Below the pieces are notes generated by a model that was not told the DNA's origin, did not search any database, and worked only from the letters and a program-made list of their open reading frames with translations. Shown here piece by piece: positions 13,590 to 27,128 of a DNA stretch of 64,000 nt. The stretch is taken from NCBI RefSeq assembly GCF_006345805.1, contig NC_042999.1:138756001-138820000 (forward strand), written 5' to 3'. The DNA is from Octopus sinensis. Its lineage: Eukaryota. A program made the position numbers and the translations under genes. The stretch's first letter is position 1. Each line of letters starts with the position of its first letter.

Positions 13590-13957
13590 CTCTTTTTTAC
13601 TTGTTTCAGTCATTTGACTGTGGCCATGCTGGAGTACCGCCTTTAGTCGAGCGAATCGACACTAGGACTTATTCTTGGTAAGCCTAGTACTTATTCTATT
13701 TGCCGAACCAGCATCGGTTGTCAAGCGATGTTGGGTGGGGGGTAAACACAGACACACAAACATATACACACACAAACATATATACATATATATATACATA
13801 TATACGACGGGCTTCTTTCAGTTTCCGTCTACCAAATCCACTCACAAGGCTTTGGTCGGCCTGAGGGTATAGTAGAAGACACTTGACCAAGATGCCACGC
13901 AGTGGGACTGAACCCGGTTCGTAAGCAAGCTACTTACCATACAGCCACTCCTACGCC
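13590..13957 (-). mobile_element. CORE-like SINE, family S3
   Basis: Homologous to 5023-5370, with the tRNA-like head at the right end. Confidence 0.8.
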
Positions 13958-14017
13958 TACCTATATATATATATGTAAGAAACAAGTTAAAAATAATGGT
14001 CATTATATATATATATA

Positions 14018-15307
14018 TTGGGTTGGCAACTAGGTTCCCGCCGTTTTTTTTAAATTTTGGAATTTATTGCGTTTTTAAATTTTGGAATCTATTTTTTTCG
14101 AGAATTCTATTTTTGAATCATTTTGGAATCTATTTTGTTTCTTTTCTAGTTAATTTTAGTTAATTTTTGTTTATTTTCAGATCATTAAAATGGAATGTCA
14201 AGTTAAGAAAAAACGAGCATTTTCGACATCTTCCTTTTGCTTTTAATAGGTTCTAAGGCCGCAAAATGTGCTCGCGACATTTATACTGTGTATAGAGAGG
14301 GTGCCATAGCTGAAAGAACCGCTCGTGATTGTTATGCCAAGTTCAAAAATGGAAATTTTGGCCTCAAACACACAACTCGTTTTAGCCGTCCAGTTTTGTT
14401 CGATGAAGAGCGATTAAACCAACTTTTGCACGAAAATTCTCGTCAAACGACAAGGAACTGGCAGAAAAAATGGAATGCTCCTACACTGCTATAGAGAAGC
14501 ATCTTCACTCGATGGGAAAGATCCAGAAGTATGGAGCATGGGTTCCGCATGCTTTAAGTGACAACAGCAACAAAAATCAACGAGTCACAATCTCCGCTGG
14601 TTTGCTTGCTCGTCACCGCTCAACTCATGGACACAAGCAACGATTTCTTTACTGAATCGTTACTGGCGATGAAAACTGGTGCCTGTACATCAATATGAAG
14701 CAGCATAAGGAATGGCTTTGCTGTGGTAAACAAGCGACACCGGGCGTGAAACAAAATCTTCATCCGCGTAAAACGATGTTGTGCGTATGGTGGGACTGGT
14801 AAGGGATTATTCATTACGAATTGCATGAACGGAACCAAACGATCAACACGGAACTCTATGTTCAACAGATGGAACGACTCAACACGCCTATTCAAGAGAA
14901 AAGACCTAATCGGCAGCATGGAGTTCTACTGCTGCACGACAACGCCCACCCTCATATCGCCAATATAACCAAGGAAGCCATTCAAACGCATGGCTGGTAA
15001 GTGCTGCCACATCCGCCGTACTCTCCTGATTTGGCACCAACGGATTTCCACCTCTTTCGATCTCTTTCAAATGCTATGCGCGGAGTCTCGTTCAATATTG
15101 ATGCAGAATTGAGAGCTTGGCTGGATCAATTTTTCGAGTCGAAATCGGGTGATTTCTATTAACGAGGTATTGAAAATCTTGTTGAACGTTGGGAAGAAGT
15201 TGTAAACAACAAGAGTGAATACATTATTGATTAATTAGTTATTTTTTTTATTAAACATTAAAAAAAATTTAAATAAGAAAATGGCGGGAACTTAGTTGTC
15301 AACCCAA
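14018..15307 (+). mobile_element. Full-length mariner transposon (1290 bp, mellifera-subfamily-like), inactive
   Basis: TIRs TTGGGTTGGCAACTAGGTTCCCGCC / GGCGGGAACTTAGTTGTCAACCCAA, with TA duplications at both ends and a transposase remnant inside. Confidence 0.95.
14190..15234 (+). pseudogene. Mariner DD34D transposase pseudogene
   Basis: Starts MECQVKKNEHFRH. Motifs WVPHAL, TGDENW, LHDNAHPH and YSPDLAPTDFHLFRS. Ends EYIID*. Several frameshifts and stops. Confidence 0.9.
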
Positions 15308-15315
15308 TATATATA

Positions 15316-15403
<88 letters not shown>

Positions 15404-15412
15404 GTCTGTATA

Positions 15413-15923
15413 TCTATATATATAAAACTGTAGTTGTGTGAGTGTCTGTCCCCTTCGATTTAGATTCCTAACTACTCCCACATTTTGCGGTGCAGTTTAA
15501 CCAAATTCGGGTATCTTATAGTCGTGATTCATATCGAGCCCGTCTGAGTATTAGCGCGCGTCTACGATGAGTCTACAATTTTAAAAATAATTTAACATCA
15601 TTTTTTATTCCATTTAATGCATAATTTTTCGTGTGTCGATGGCGGCGGAGTTGGCGTCCATGGTCACACCTGCACCTGTTTGCTTCTCCCCTTCTTCCCT
15701 CCCTCGTGAAGCTGTGGGGAAGGGAGTGTAAGGAAATCAACGTCGTAAAGCGTTGTCAAGGAGACCAGCGTTCTTTTAGAACAACGACTTCATGGCTTGA
15801 AGACACCAAAACAGAAATGGCTAAGAAAGCCCGAATTGGCATCTATAAGGGAAGTAACTCTCTAAAAATGCTTATATAGTTATTTCCCTTACAAACCCGA
15901 GCAACGCCGGGCGATACTGCTAG
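15413..15923 (+). mobile_element. Non-autonomous Helitron, family 1, copy 3 (with extra ~213-bp segment)
   Basis: A|TCTATATATATAAAAC 5' end and the same hairpin plus CTAG|T 3' end. Segment 15631-15843 is absent from copies 1 and 2. Confidence 0.85.
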
Positions 15924-17492
15924 TATATATATATATATATATATATATGAATTTAAAATGTATCCAGTAAACAATAGCATTCTTGGTCAACAGGCTAGAC
16001 AATGACTAACTACATTTGATCACAATGATATTGAAAATAGAACCTTTTCATCTTCGGATGAGGACATACAATATTTTCGAGAATATCATATACTGAACAC
16101 AATAAACGATGATCAAATACTAAGAAATGCTAAAACTAACAGTTTCTTTCTGTGGTCTGACGATGGTGACAGAAGGATGTATACTTTTTTATAAATATGA
16201 GACAACAATAAGCATTAGTCCTATTCGGACAAAATATAGAGAATATGTATGTTATATTTTAATATATATATATATATATTACCTGCCTTATTTTTATGTT
16301 TTTTTTTTGCCTAGGTTATCCTTATATATCATCGCTCAACACTTGATTTTATTAATCTTTACTGAATACTTTGCTCATCTTTGCACGAAAAAATATTTTC
16401 GTTATGTTTGTGGAATAGGGATTGTTATAATCAACATAACAGCTGTTTCAATATTTTAATTTTAAATTTTATGCTAACCTCTGAGAGAAGAATTCTGCTG
16501 TACATAATTTGTACCCATGAAAACCATATTTCAATTCACGTTATTTTGGCTCTACACAATATAATTTTGCTATAATTTCCGGCGTTACCGGCATATATAA
16601 AACCAATAATTTTATCTTGCAAGCTTTTGTGCTGTTTTCCGCTGATGATGGTGACACATGTACGTATAATTTTTATAAACGTGTGTCTTCTAGCAACATG
16701 AATATTGTCCGGAATACATCTACATTTATTTTAATATATAATCACTCTTTAATTCAAGTGCACTTTTGGTTAAGCCATACATACATACATACATGCATAC
16801 ATACATATATACATACATACATAGTATAATATATGCATACATACATGTAATATATGTCTATAAATATTAATACACACATGCACACACACGTATCAGAATT
16901 CACAAGAAGTCTGGTTCTCAGTCATGAGAGGTGTGATATCTTGAGCAAGTGCGTGTATGAAATATTCAGCCGCTTATAGTTTAAGTCAACCAATAGGTAA
17001 GTATGTATGTGTGTCTGTGTTTGTGTGTGTGTGTATGTATTTGTGTGTATATATTTGTGTGTGTGTGTATGTATGTGTATCAGTATGTTTGCAAGTATGA
17101 GGAGTATGAAACACGAGGAAATAGTTCAGTATTAATCAATGCTGTACAGTATGGCACTCTGATATCAGAGTCCTGAATCCATCTGACTGATTTGTAAAGA
17201 ATCACTCATCAATATGCTATAACCACTAAATCACAAGTGCAGCTTCTTCATTCTGTCTCTTGCGTCGCTACTACAGCAGTGTCTCTTCTATTGGCCTCTT
17301 GAGTCTTCTACTGCAAGAGCATCTGCTCTTATGCCGCTAATTCTCATGGTCAATGAACTATTAATAACAAAGATCCCACGAATTAGCCACTCCGGTAAAC
17401 ATTTGTGATCAAAATGAATAACTTTACAGCAACGCTAGATTCGTGCTGAAGTGAAACTCAAAAGTAACAACAGAAGTACATATATATATGTA

Positions 17493-17893
17493 CTAGTAGT
17501 ATAGCCCAGCCTTGCTCGGGCTTGTTTTCTTTTCGAACCTTTAAAATTGGAATTATTGAAAAGTAAAAATTTTGCATTATGTAGCTTGTTATTCTCTTTA
17601 TTTTTCTGGTTGAAATACACCAAAAAATGACGACACAGCAGTCAAAAATTCGTAAAAAATATGGATTTTCATAGAAAAAAAAAAAACACCTTTTTGATGT
17701 AAATAATTTTTGGTGTTAACATGGTCCGATTTGAATTTTTTTCTCCTACGGAAGGAAGAGCAAGCCTTCTTCTAACATACTCTCAATTTTGATCAACTTG
17801 CGCCGCAGGGTCTCGGAGGAGATAGTGTTAGTTGAAGGCTACCAAACCTGCCACACACAGACAACTTCAGCTTTATATATATATATAGAGAGA
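17493..17893 (-). mobile_element. Non-autonomous Helitron, family 2
   Basis: Minus strand: TCTATATATATATAAAGCTGAAG near the 5' end. 3' end CCCGAGCAAGGCTGGGCTATACTACTAG|T. Confidence 0.75.
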
Positions 17894-19325
17894 TGTGTGT
17901 GCGTGCACGTGCGCGCGGACTCACACGCAGACACACAGACGCACACAAACATACATACACAGATACACTGTTTCTTTTTTCGAGTGAGGTGAGGGGTGAG
18001 GTTAATAATAATAAACAGTGTTTGGCAATTTTAGTTACTGTAAATAGTTGTTTGTTTTCACGCCCCACCCCCTCCAGCCTTTTCCTGAACCAATATAGTT
18101 TGTTTCAAATTAGTTGCTATCAGAAATAGATGATTGTACCTCGAGGCTACAAGCAATAGATAAATAAATAAACAAAGCCGGAAAAAAAAAAGAACCCAAA
18201 TAAAAAAAAGAATACAAGTTATACAATTACTTAAGTTCACTTGGTACATATTATATGTTTTTATTTCATTTATCGATGCAGTGGCGATAGTAGTTGTAGG
18301 TGGTAGTGGAATAGATTGTTGTGGTGGAGGTGGAACAGGTGGTGCTAGTGATGCTGGTGGCGGTGGTGGTTAGGATTCACGCAGCTATTAAGATTTGAAA
18401 GGAGAATAATTGGCTAAGAGGGGAACAGACGACATCTCATATATTGTCACTAGCTTTGCGCTGCGTGTAATGATAAAACACACACAGACACAGACACACA
18501 CACACACACACTTGCTGCAAGGCGATGAGCCAACTGGTGAGCCTCTATGTATAAGTTCAAAAAGCATGCTATGTATGAACGTATCAACCAGAGAGCTTTG
18601 CTTCATTGTGAAATAGTAGAAATAGGGATCTTTTCAAATTTGTGGCCAGGACCCCAGATCTTTCTAGTTAACTAAATAATTTGAAACTTTGTGTACTCAT
18701 AGAGTGGAACTAGTTTATTCGCCAGTTGAAACTAGTTTATTTGAGAAAAATCTATTTTATGACTTTAATAAAACTGCGAATTTTAACCAATGAGATTGCT
18801 TGTTTTCATATCTAAAACGTTACTGCGATCTGTTAGTGTGACGTTGAAAGCAGTTTTGTGACGTAGTTGAAGACGGCTTATAAGCACGTTTGTTTCCTAT
18901 ATAGACACACACACGTATATACATATATACCTATAAATACCTGGCTGCTATTTCTAAAAAGCTTTGTGTGTGGTAAAGTAATTTTTTTACTTTACCATAT
19001 TTTTATAAATTATATCGGAGAATCCATATTTTTATAACATATATCGGAGAATCCATGTGATTTTTCGTTGTTTTTCTCTTATACGTATGTGAATTATTTC
19101 TGAGTATGCATTGTCTGGGAGACTTTTTCTTGCAGTTGAGAAAACAGCCAAATTTTTGGCTGCTATTTCTAAAAAGCTCGGTGTGTGGTTAAGTAATTTT
19201 TTTACTTTACCATATTTTTATAAATTAATATATATATATATATAATTTTTTACTCGGTGTATGTGTATATGTATGTCTGCATGTGTGTGTGTATGTATGT
19301 GTGTGTGTGTGTGTGTGTGATGATA

Positions 19326-19421
19326 GGCAAAATCGACCTCGGCGGAATTTGAACTCAGAACGTAACGGCAGACGAAATACGGCTACGCATTTCGCCCGGC
19401 GTGCTAACGTTTCTGCCAGCT
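19326..19421 (-). mobile_element. S1 SINE 5' half
   Basis: Reverse complement of the S1 head and B box. Confidence 0.8.
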
Positions 19422-22400
19422 CTTTGCTTTTTTAATATTACATTTCGGCGAAGTTTCGCTTGTCGTAGCACAAGTTTTCCGTCGATTTCCGTAAAAAACT
19501 TTTATTTTTTTACATAAGTAATGAGAGCGAAAGAGACTAAGAGGAAGCGATTTTATGACGAGGGAAGTTTGTCTTTGAAGTTACCGTCTAGGGGAAGCAT
19601 TGATGTACATGTGTGTGTGTGTTTGATGGGGTGTGGGAGACAGTATGTTGTCTAAGTGAAGTGCTTCTGTTAGTGTGTGTGAAGAGACAGAGAGAGTAAT
19701 GTGTGAAAGAGAGAGATAACTGAAATTTTTTACTCGGTGTATGTGTATATGTATGTCTGCATGTATGTGTGTGTGTGTATGTATCTATGTATGTATGGCC
19801 GATTCATCGTAATTACGATGAATCGGCCATACATACATACACACACACATACATACACACACACACATACATACACACACACACATACTTACACATACAT
19901 ACACACACACATACATGTAGACATACAGAATGGAAACATTTTCAATTTAATACATGTGGCTTATTAACTAGTTTTAAATATTGTTATTAGAAGGTGGCTG
20001 ACTATAGGATCCTGGAAACATGAGTACGTTAAATAATTAGAAGGATGCGCTTGTTTACATTTAAGATGTTTAATACGTCACGAAATTGGTGGTCGAGACG
20101 GAGTAAATAAAATAAAGCCGAATGACGGAATATCATTGGTTAAAATTCTAATTATTAAACAACGTTAAACTTAGAAGTTACAATTCCGTTTTCATTCTGG
20201 TTTACAATTAAGTTTACTTTTGACACATTCTACCAGTATACGAAGTTTCAAATTGTTTGGTTCAGTAGGAACAATTTGAAAAAACTGGCTTCAGAATAGA
20301 AAAGATCCACAAAATAAACTACTATGGATAATGTAGTTCGAAATATACAACCAAAAATTAATTAAAAAAATGAGTTGAACACTTTTGACCATAGGTCAGT
20401 TCAACAGCAGTTGACCCGAGTTGAAATAAGAACTTTAACAATAGACAAAATGCATAATTGTATACAACTGTCGAATGGACGAAAGTTTTGACACCTTAAA
20501 CTGGGCCTAAGAAAAGTTTTTAAGCTAGCAATATATTACACCGTTGTCTTTTTTTAATAATGTCATGGGTTTGCTAGAAGTTTAGCTTCCTTTTATAGCG
20601 TTGTAACTCAATATCAGTTATTTTAATCAATTATAGAAAGTTTATTGAACGAAAAGGATAAATTTACCCCTCAATATTCTGAAGGTTATTAGCGGCGAAA
20701 ATGAAGCGAAATGTTTTCAATAAAACACATTTTTAATTGCTTCTTATTTGACGAATCAGAAGACCCCCAGATTTATATTGAAAAAAGCGAAGAAATTTCT
20801 TTTCTTGTTATTGAGAATCGGAATTTAGTCCTGAACTTTACATCTGTTCTTTGATGCTACTTACAAAATAGTGCAGTATACTGATTTTACACACAAGAAA
20901 TATAGTTTTCTTTGAAGACCCTTGTCACTGGAGAAAAGAAGACCCCCAAGAATGGAAAAGAAAGAGAAGAAAAACTCAGAGATCTGAACCGCAAATACAA
21001 ATATAAGCACGAATGCAAATCTGTAAGGCAATTAGTCCGACATTTTATCGTTTCAGTAAACATACTGTTCTTATGCGTAGAGAAACTGATATTTAGGATA
21101 GGCGAATTAATTTGTAGGGGAGAGATCAATTGATAAAATTGACTTTCATCCTTTTGGGAATCATTAAAATATAAACAAATAAATTAGATTTGATCCTTAT
21201 ACTGCATCCTAAAAAAACCCCCAGAAGACATGATTACTTTATCGACCACGGTATCATTTGACCTTAAAACATAGATATCTATTCTGGCCTTCAACTGTTT
21301 TATCCTCACCACCGTTCTTAATGTACATATTAATTAATTTTTTTCTTAAGGACATATTGAAAATGGGATTAGTTAAATCAATCTCAGTAAATAACTAGCA
21401 TTCATTTTATCGATTTCGAAGAATGAAGGAGTAAGTTGACTAATAGTAGACGTGAATTGCAATGCATTTTGAATAGCATTCTCCCAATCGTGACATTGGC
21501 CATTCTACCAATTCTGCCATTCACCTCTCAATGAATTTTGCAATGTAACACACTACCATTTCTACCATCCACTACTCTACTAATTCTACCATCTGTCTTA
21601 CATAATATAGTTTCTAACTCTGGGACAATATGTGAACAGCGAATTACCATCGATACTTTTATACGTTTGAGTTGAAATTCTGTCTAGGTCGACTTTTGAG
21701 ATCTGCAAAATAAAGTACCAGCCAAAAATGAGAGCGGTATATTTGATAATACCCTTTACCCAAACTGCTTGATCTTAGGAAAGAAATCAAAGTCGTAAAA
21801 TTTGTGAAGGGTTATATTGAATTATATTAACCCTAATATTGGACTGATACTTTGTTTTACAGAACCCAGAATGTATCGCTTTATGACAGAAAAGAGGAGC
21901 GGTGGTGTTGGCAGCAAAAAATAACAGTATTAATAATATGGCTTAGGGAATGAATAAACCCCAGAAGAGTATTCGGCATACTAAATACAAATATTGAAGT
22001 CTGGCATAAGTAATATGAGTTAAAAAAACTTCTAATAACCACGATTATCTATAGAGTTAGTAGGTTAAAAAACTTTCTTTCAAGTGTGTTTAAAATAAAA
22101 AAAAAGAAGCAAAACAAAAAGGGGGTAACTAAAAAAATAACATAAAATGTAGTATGGGAATGGATCTAACCTTTAAAATCAATGGTGAACTCTTGGTTTC
22201 AAGCTCAAAAGACTGATGTTGTCATTGCCTTTCATACAGTTTTTAAGACCCCCCCACTCCAAAAAAATTGTGTATATAAAAGAATAAAATTCTGTATGTG
22301 TACAGCGCTTGTGTAGAAATACTATGCTCAACTTTGTTTAGTATTTTTAACCTTATGAATTCCTAACCAAAAGGGATCAATATTAATTCTGAACAAACAA

Positions 22401-23505
22401 AAACAAGAATACTTCGTCGACTATCAACTTCTGTATAACCACATACAGTTTCAATGCCACGGCGAGAGAAATGTTTATTCTGTAGAAGAAGATATGAAAA
22501 GATTTTTCCAGCTTGATTAAATATTGAACTAAAAAAATTACATATAATTTACAACAAGGAAAATAAGACTAAACAACTGGCCATAAAAAAAATTTCGCAC
22601 TGTTTGTGGTGAACGTTTCAGAATGAATTCCCCAGTTTTTAGTTTGGTATGTATTAAGTTGTTCACATACAAAAGCATGAGAAATTTTCATATCTTACTA
22701 AGTCGATCATGCAGTCAATGTAAATATCAAAGCATTTGATCGGACCGAAGGTTTGTTAAATACAAAGTACAGTAACGGTGTTTATCATAGAAGAAAAATG
22801 TACTTTAATTTATCGATCCAATTTGGTTAAACAATTTGAAACCTTAACCAGAAGTAAAGATGAGGTGAGAGGACCCAAATGCTCAGCCGTTTGTAGTTAT
22901 TTATCACCAGGTTAACCCTGATTTGAAATCTACGATCAAGAGTGCTCCAGTCATGGCCATCCTGCTTGTTTTCGGTACAACATTATGTAACTTCTGAAGA
23001 CAGGAGGGTAAGATTTGGTTGTTATTTTTACCAAGTCGAAAGACCAATAAAACTCCCTTGGTTACTCCAAAATAGCTGTATTTTCTTATATTGGTAGCGT
23101 TCTATATCATGTTCCGGATTTATATGCAGGTTGAATCCCTAAACAATGTCCAGATCTTCAATGTCTTCCTTGTTATGGATTAGTACAGTACTTACAGAGA
23201 TCATTGTAGACACTGACGGAAAGAAGATATGCTTTTTCTAAGTCATGTGTGTGTGTGAACGATCTTGAGGGTTTTATAAGGACCGGTGTTAAATTCCAGT
23301 TCAGTGGCGGTAAGCTGACACAAGAGATCATTCTTTTTCAGAGAGATTGCTATTAATCGCACGCAGGGTAATCTTTAGATACTTATAGGCTCGAGTGTTG
23401 AAGCAAAGAAGTGGGTTCCCATTTCATTGATATATGACGTAATTATGTTTTCATAAAGCACATGGGTCTCCTGAACCCCAGCCTTCAAGTCTCATACCAC
23501 ATACC

Positions 23506-23650
23506 CACTAGCATAGCTAGAGGAGAGTGGCCCTTTTATGGAGGCAGCATCACTTTTAGGTCTGCTGTAGACAGTTTTTTTTTTGTGGGGGCCAGGGGGC
23601 GGCAAACTGAAAAGCTGCTCCGAGCGGCATACACTTTAGTTACGCTAGTG
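23506..23650. mobile_element. hAT-type MITE (145 bp)
   Basis: TIR CACTAGCATAGCT / AGTTACGCTAGTG. 8-bp TSD CACATACC / CACAAACC (7 of 8 match). Confidence 0.65.
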
Positions 23651-23789
23651 CACAAACCTCAACATGGCACTAATTGCAAGCAATAGGCGAGATATAAGCT
23701 TAAAACATGTCTGTTGCTTTCACTAATTTGCCTTAAACGCAAGCTCTACTCTCATTTGAATGACTGTCATTATTAAGGGTACCCCTCAA

Positions 23790-24002
23790 GATGGCGAGCT
23801 GATAGACTACTTACTGCATCGAACTAAATGCTTAGCATCATTTCTTCCGGTTTAACTTTCTGAGCTCAAATGTCACCGAAGTTGACTTAGCCTTTCATCC
23901 TTTCGAGGTCGATAAAATAAGAACCATTCAAGTACTGGGGTCGATGTAATCAACTAGCCCACTTCCCCAAAATTACATGCTTTGCGCCAGTAGTAGAAAG
24001 GG
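23790..24002 (+). mobile_element. S1 SINE, old diverged copy
   Basis: Core GCCTTTCATCCTTTCGAGGTCGATAAAATAAG and tail beta are recognisable. Confidence 0.7.
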
Positions 24003-24307
24003 TTTTTAAAATTATCTCTCTTGGTTGTTATTTTAAGATTTTAAAGATTCTTTGAGGAGGTTTTTTCCCCTACTAATTACTTAGATAGTATCAGTTAATC
24101 GAAGTTATTCAGCTCACTGTATTTCACATGTAAAACCCTAACGTTTATGTACTTAGTATGCAAAACGCTCCCTTGCCGTATTTTCCCTCAAACCTATTGT
24201 TGATTTCGCTTACAAATATTCACAATCAGCCAATCCTAAAATTTTCATTCCCTCGCGTATTTCGTTACTGATGCTAGATTATGTGTCGGCATGTTTGTAC
24301 GTATATG

Positions 24308-24348
<41 letters not shown>

Positions 24349-25984
24349 TATATATATATGTATGTATGTATATGTATGTATATGCATGTATGTATGTATT
24401 ATGTGCATGGTTAATTTTATGTATTTATTACATGCAATGTACTAAGCCACCGGTATATTATTTGAAGGTATGGATTAACGTGTGTAAACATTATTGTAGT
24501 TGATGATAGGGAGGAAGTATTTATAGCGGGAGAAGCATATTCGAATGCCGATGAAAATCTGTTGACAAAATGCAGCTGTGTGAATATATCTATAATTTAC
24601 AAAACAGAAGCATCGACACTCACAATGATACGTGTGAAGACTAACGATAGGAAACGGGAGTGTTTCAAGAAAAACAAACTGCTAGAAATAGCCGAGAAAT
24701 CACACCCACACTCTTCAAATGCAGTTTTAGATGTACTGCAGCCAAAAAAAGATACAAGTGGAATACTTTTGATCATATGTATGCTCAATTAGTATTGACA
24801 AGGTACCCCCCACCTCCACCCCCACCACCACAACTTCTTTATTACTGATTAATGAATAAATATATCAAAATATAGGTATTTTTCAACCATTTCTAATCTA
24901 CTTTTTTTGAATGTCTATAACCTTTCTTTTACCAAACTTGTAATTGCTGCGTTAAGAATGCAAGAAAACCATTAAGTCTTTTGATAGAGGATAAGTTCCT
25001 CTAGTTTTTCCAACATTCTCAGATGCCATGAAAAGGGTCACAGCACCAACAGGGGCCCAAATACTTATCAATAAGAGCTGGGGAGGATATGATATAAAAT
25101 CCATTCTTTTCTTAAGGATGTTTCACGTGTGAATGATGAACAAAGTGAAATTGTATAACTATTCCTAACCATAGCTGTTCATCAATAGCCTCCCATAAAC
25201 TGTATTGATTAATGCAGCCTACATAACATTCCATAATGACAAAATTCGACATCAGAAGCAAAGAGGGTAGCCATTGTTTGATTTACTAGAAATAGCAGCC
25301 AAATCTAAATTACATTTTGTCGTCACATTGGTTAAGGTGGTCCTAAAAAGACGAGAGAGTCAAGCGTAAATTTCTTCCATCATAGATTATACGATCAGGG
25401 CTGATTCAGAGATAAACAAAAGCACTTCTACATAGGTGGTGAGATTTGAGTTGAGGCCTGAATGTGCTATACACAATCATCTTTCTGGTTATAGCGCTAT
25501 GCCATATTTCCTATGACCATGCCAGATGCGTCCAACTTGTGTTTACCATCTAATGCCAGCTCATTTCTCCGTCCTCTCCGAACCATCGACTGCAAATATT
25601 GTTCTTTTGTAAAGAGCAATGTGTGTACCCAGCTCTTTTAAAAAATACGCTTAAGAAAGCTAATGGCATCGTAACACTTTTAGCGCTTTGTACAATGTGT
25701 TGTGAAGCGAAAAAGGATTGCAAAATATAGATGATCTTAAATTTACATATTTTTCTGTTATAGTGTTTCGCCAATTGAATCTAACCCGTACTAGATTGAG
25801 TCAATTGTCACAATTGACTCTATCTAGTAAGGGTTATATTCAATTGGCACTTAATCTATTGATCCAAGACAGTCGATAGGCAAAATTGATTTTGGTGAGA
25901 TTTGAACTCGCAACTGGAAGAAAACTAAAATAAGAAACCCATACATTTACAAGTTTAAATATATGCATATATATTTATGGATAT

Positions 25985-26200
25985 TAATCAAAAAGACATA
26001 GAAAAAAAGAACAAGAAAAAAAAAACGACAACGCGTGGACGTGGTACAAGCAAAGTATTAATAAGACGCTCAGAGAAGGAAAGGAAAGGTGTTTTACGTT
26101 TCGAGCAAAGCTCTTCTTCAGAAACAGGAGACAGAGGAAAGTCCAAGAGAAAAGGAAGACGGACGAAAAAGAAAATGGCCAACAGTCCACATGTGATTAC
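25985..26200 (-). repeat. Short Penelope-type terminal repeat family A with intact hammerhead
   Basis: Homologous to 5387-5582 and contains the hammerhead at 26091-26125. Confidence 0.6.
26091..26125 (-). ncRNA. Minimal type I hammerhead ribozyme motif
   Basis: GTTT-CTGAAGA-A-GAGC ttt GCTC-GAAAC-GTA^AAAC. Stem I GUUU/AAAC, stem II GAGC/GCUC, loopless palindromic stem III ACGU, GUA site. Confidence 0.75.
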
Positions 26201-26212
26201 ATTTTGGATATG

Positions 26213-26258
<46 letters not shown>

Positions 26259-26347
26259 TGTATGTATGTATGTATGTATGCATGTATGTATTTATGTATG
26301 TATGTATATATGTATGTATATATGTATATATATATATACATATGGAA

Positions 26348-26381
<34 letters not shown>

Positions 26382-27065
26382 AGAGAGAGAGAGAAAAGAG
26401 AGAGAGAGAGAGAGAAAAAAAAGAGAGAGAGAGAGAGAGAAAAGAGAGAGAGAGAGAGAGATTAATCACTAAGAACAAGTCAAACGAATGCAAGTCGGAA
26501 AACCATAAATACGATTGCAAGTACGCCGTCATCAAGTATCGACTGGCGATCTGCATTTTCGACGTTTAACAACAATATCTCTAGTTTCTGTGTGCGGAAG
26601 ATTTAAAGAAAATTGTACTGGGGAATGTTATACTGTTAGACGACAGCAAAAGACTGGGACAATGAAACGTGAAACAGTGAATTTACTATATCACGGGACT
26701 ACAAGATGTATAGAAAAACATATACGACAGGGATTTAAGTCTATCAATCTAATAAAAAGGGTATGGAAGATTAATTTTTCAGCCAAGACAAACAGGGCAT
26801 GAGGCAAAGTAACAAAGAGTATTAAACAACCAGTGAAAGTCTTTCGATTGAAGTAAAGCTGACAAGACAAACCAGGGACAATGTGCATATAGGTAACACT
26901 GAAAAAAGAAAAAAAATTAACTCTTCTGACGTTAGAACTAGATCGAAGATGATGACACGAAAGAACGAAGTGACTTAATGCGTTGCCAAGTTTACAGAAG
27001 AACAGGGCATATGTGAGTTGTGGGAATACGGGAAATCAGAAAGTCATTTTGGAACAAATGAAAAC

Positions 27066-27128
<63 letters not shown>

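Noticed and set aside
18625-19765. Second Merlin-like element with internal duplicated blocks
   Set aside because: Only a left TIR-like end is visible. No right TIR or TSD found, so the boundaries cannot be supported.
20918-21022. Possible 105-bp phase-0 exon (TLVTGEKK...HECKS) between AAG and GTAAG
   Set aside because: Weak acceptor, no recognisable homology and no partner exons identified. It would need RNA-seq support.
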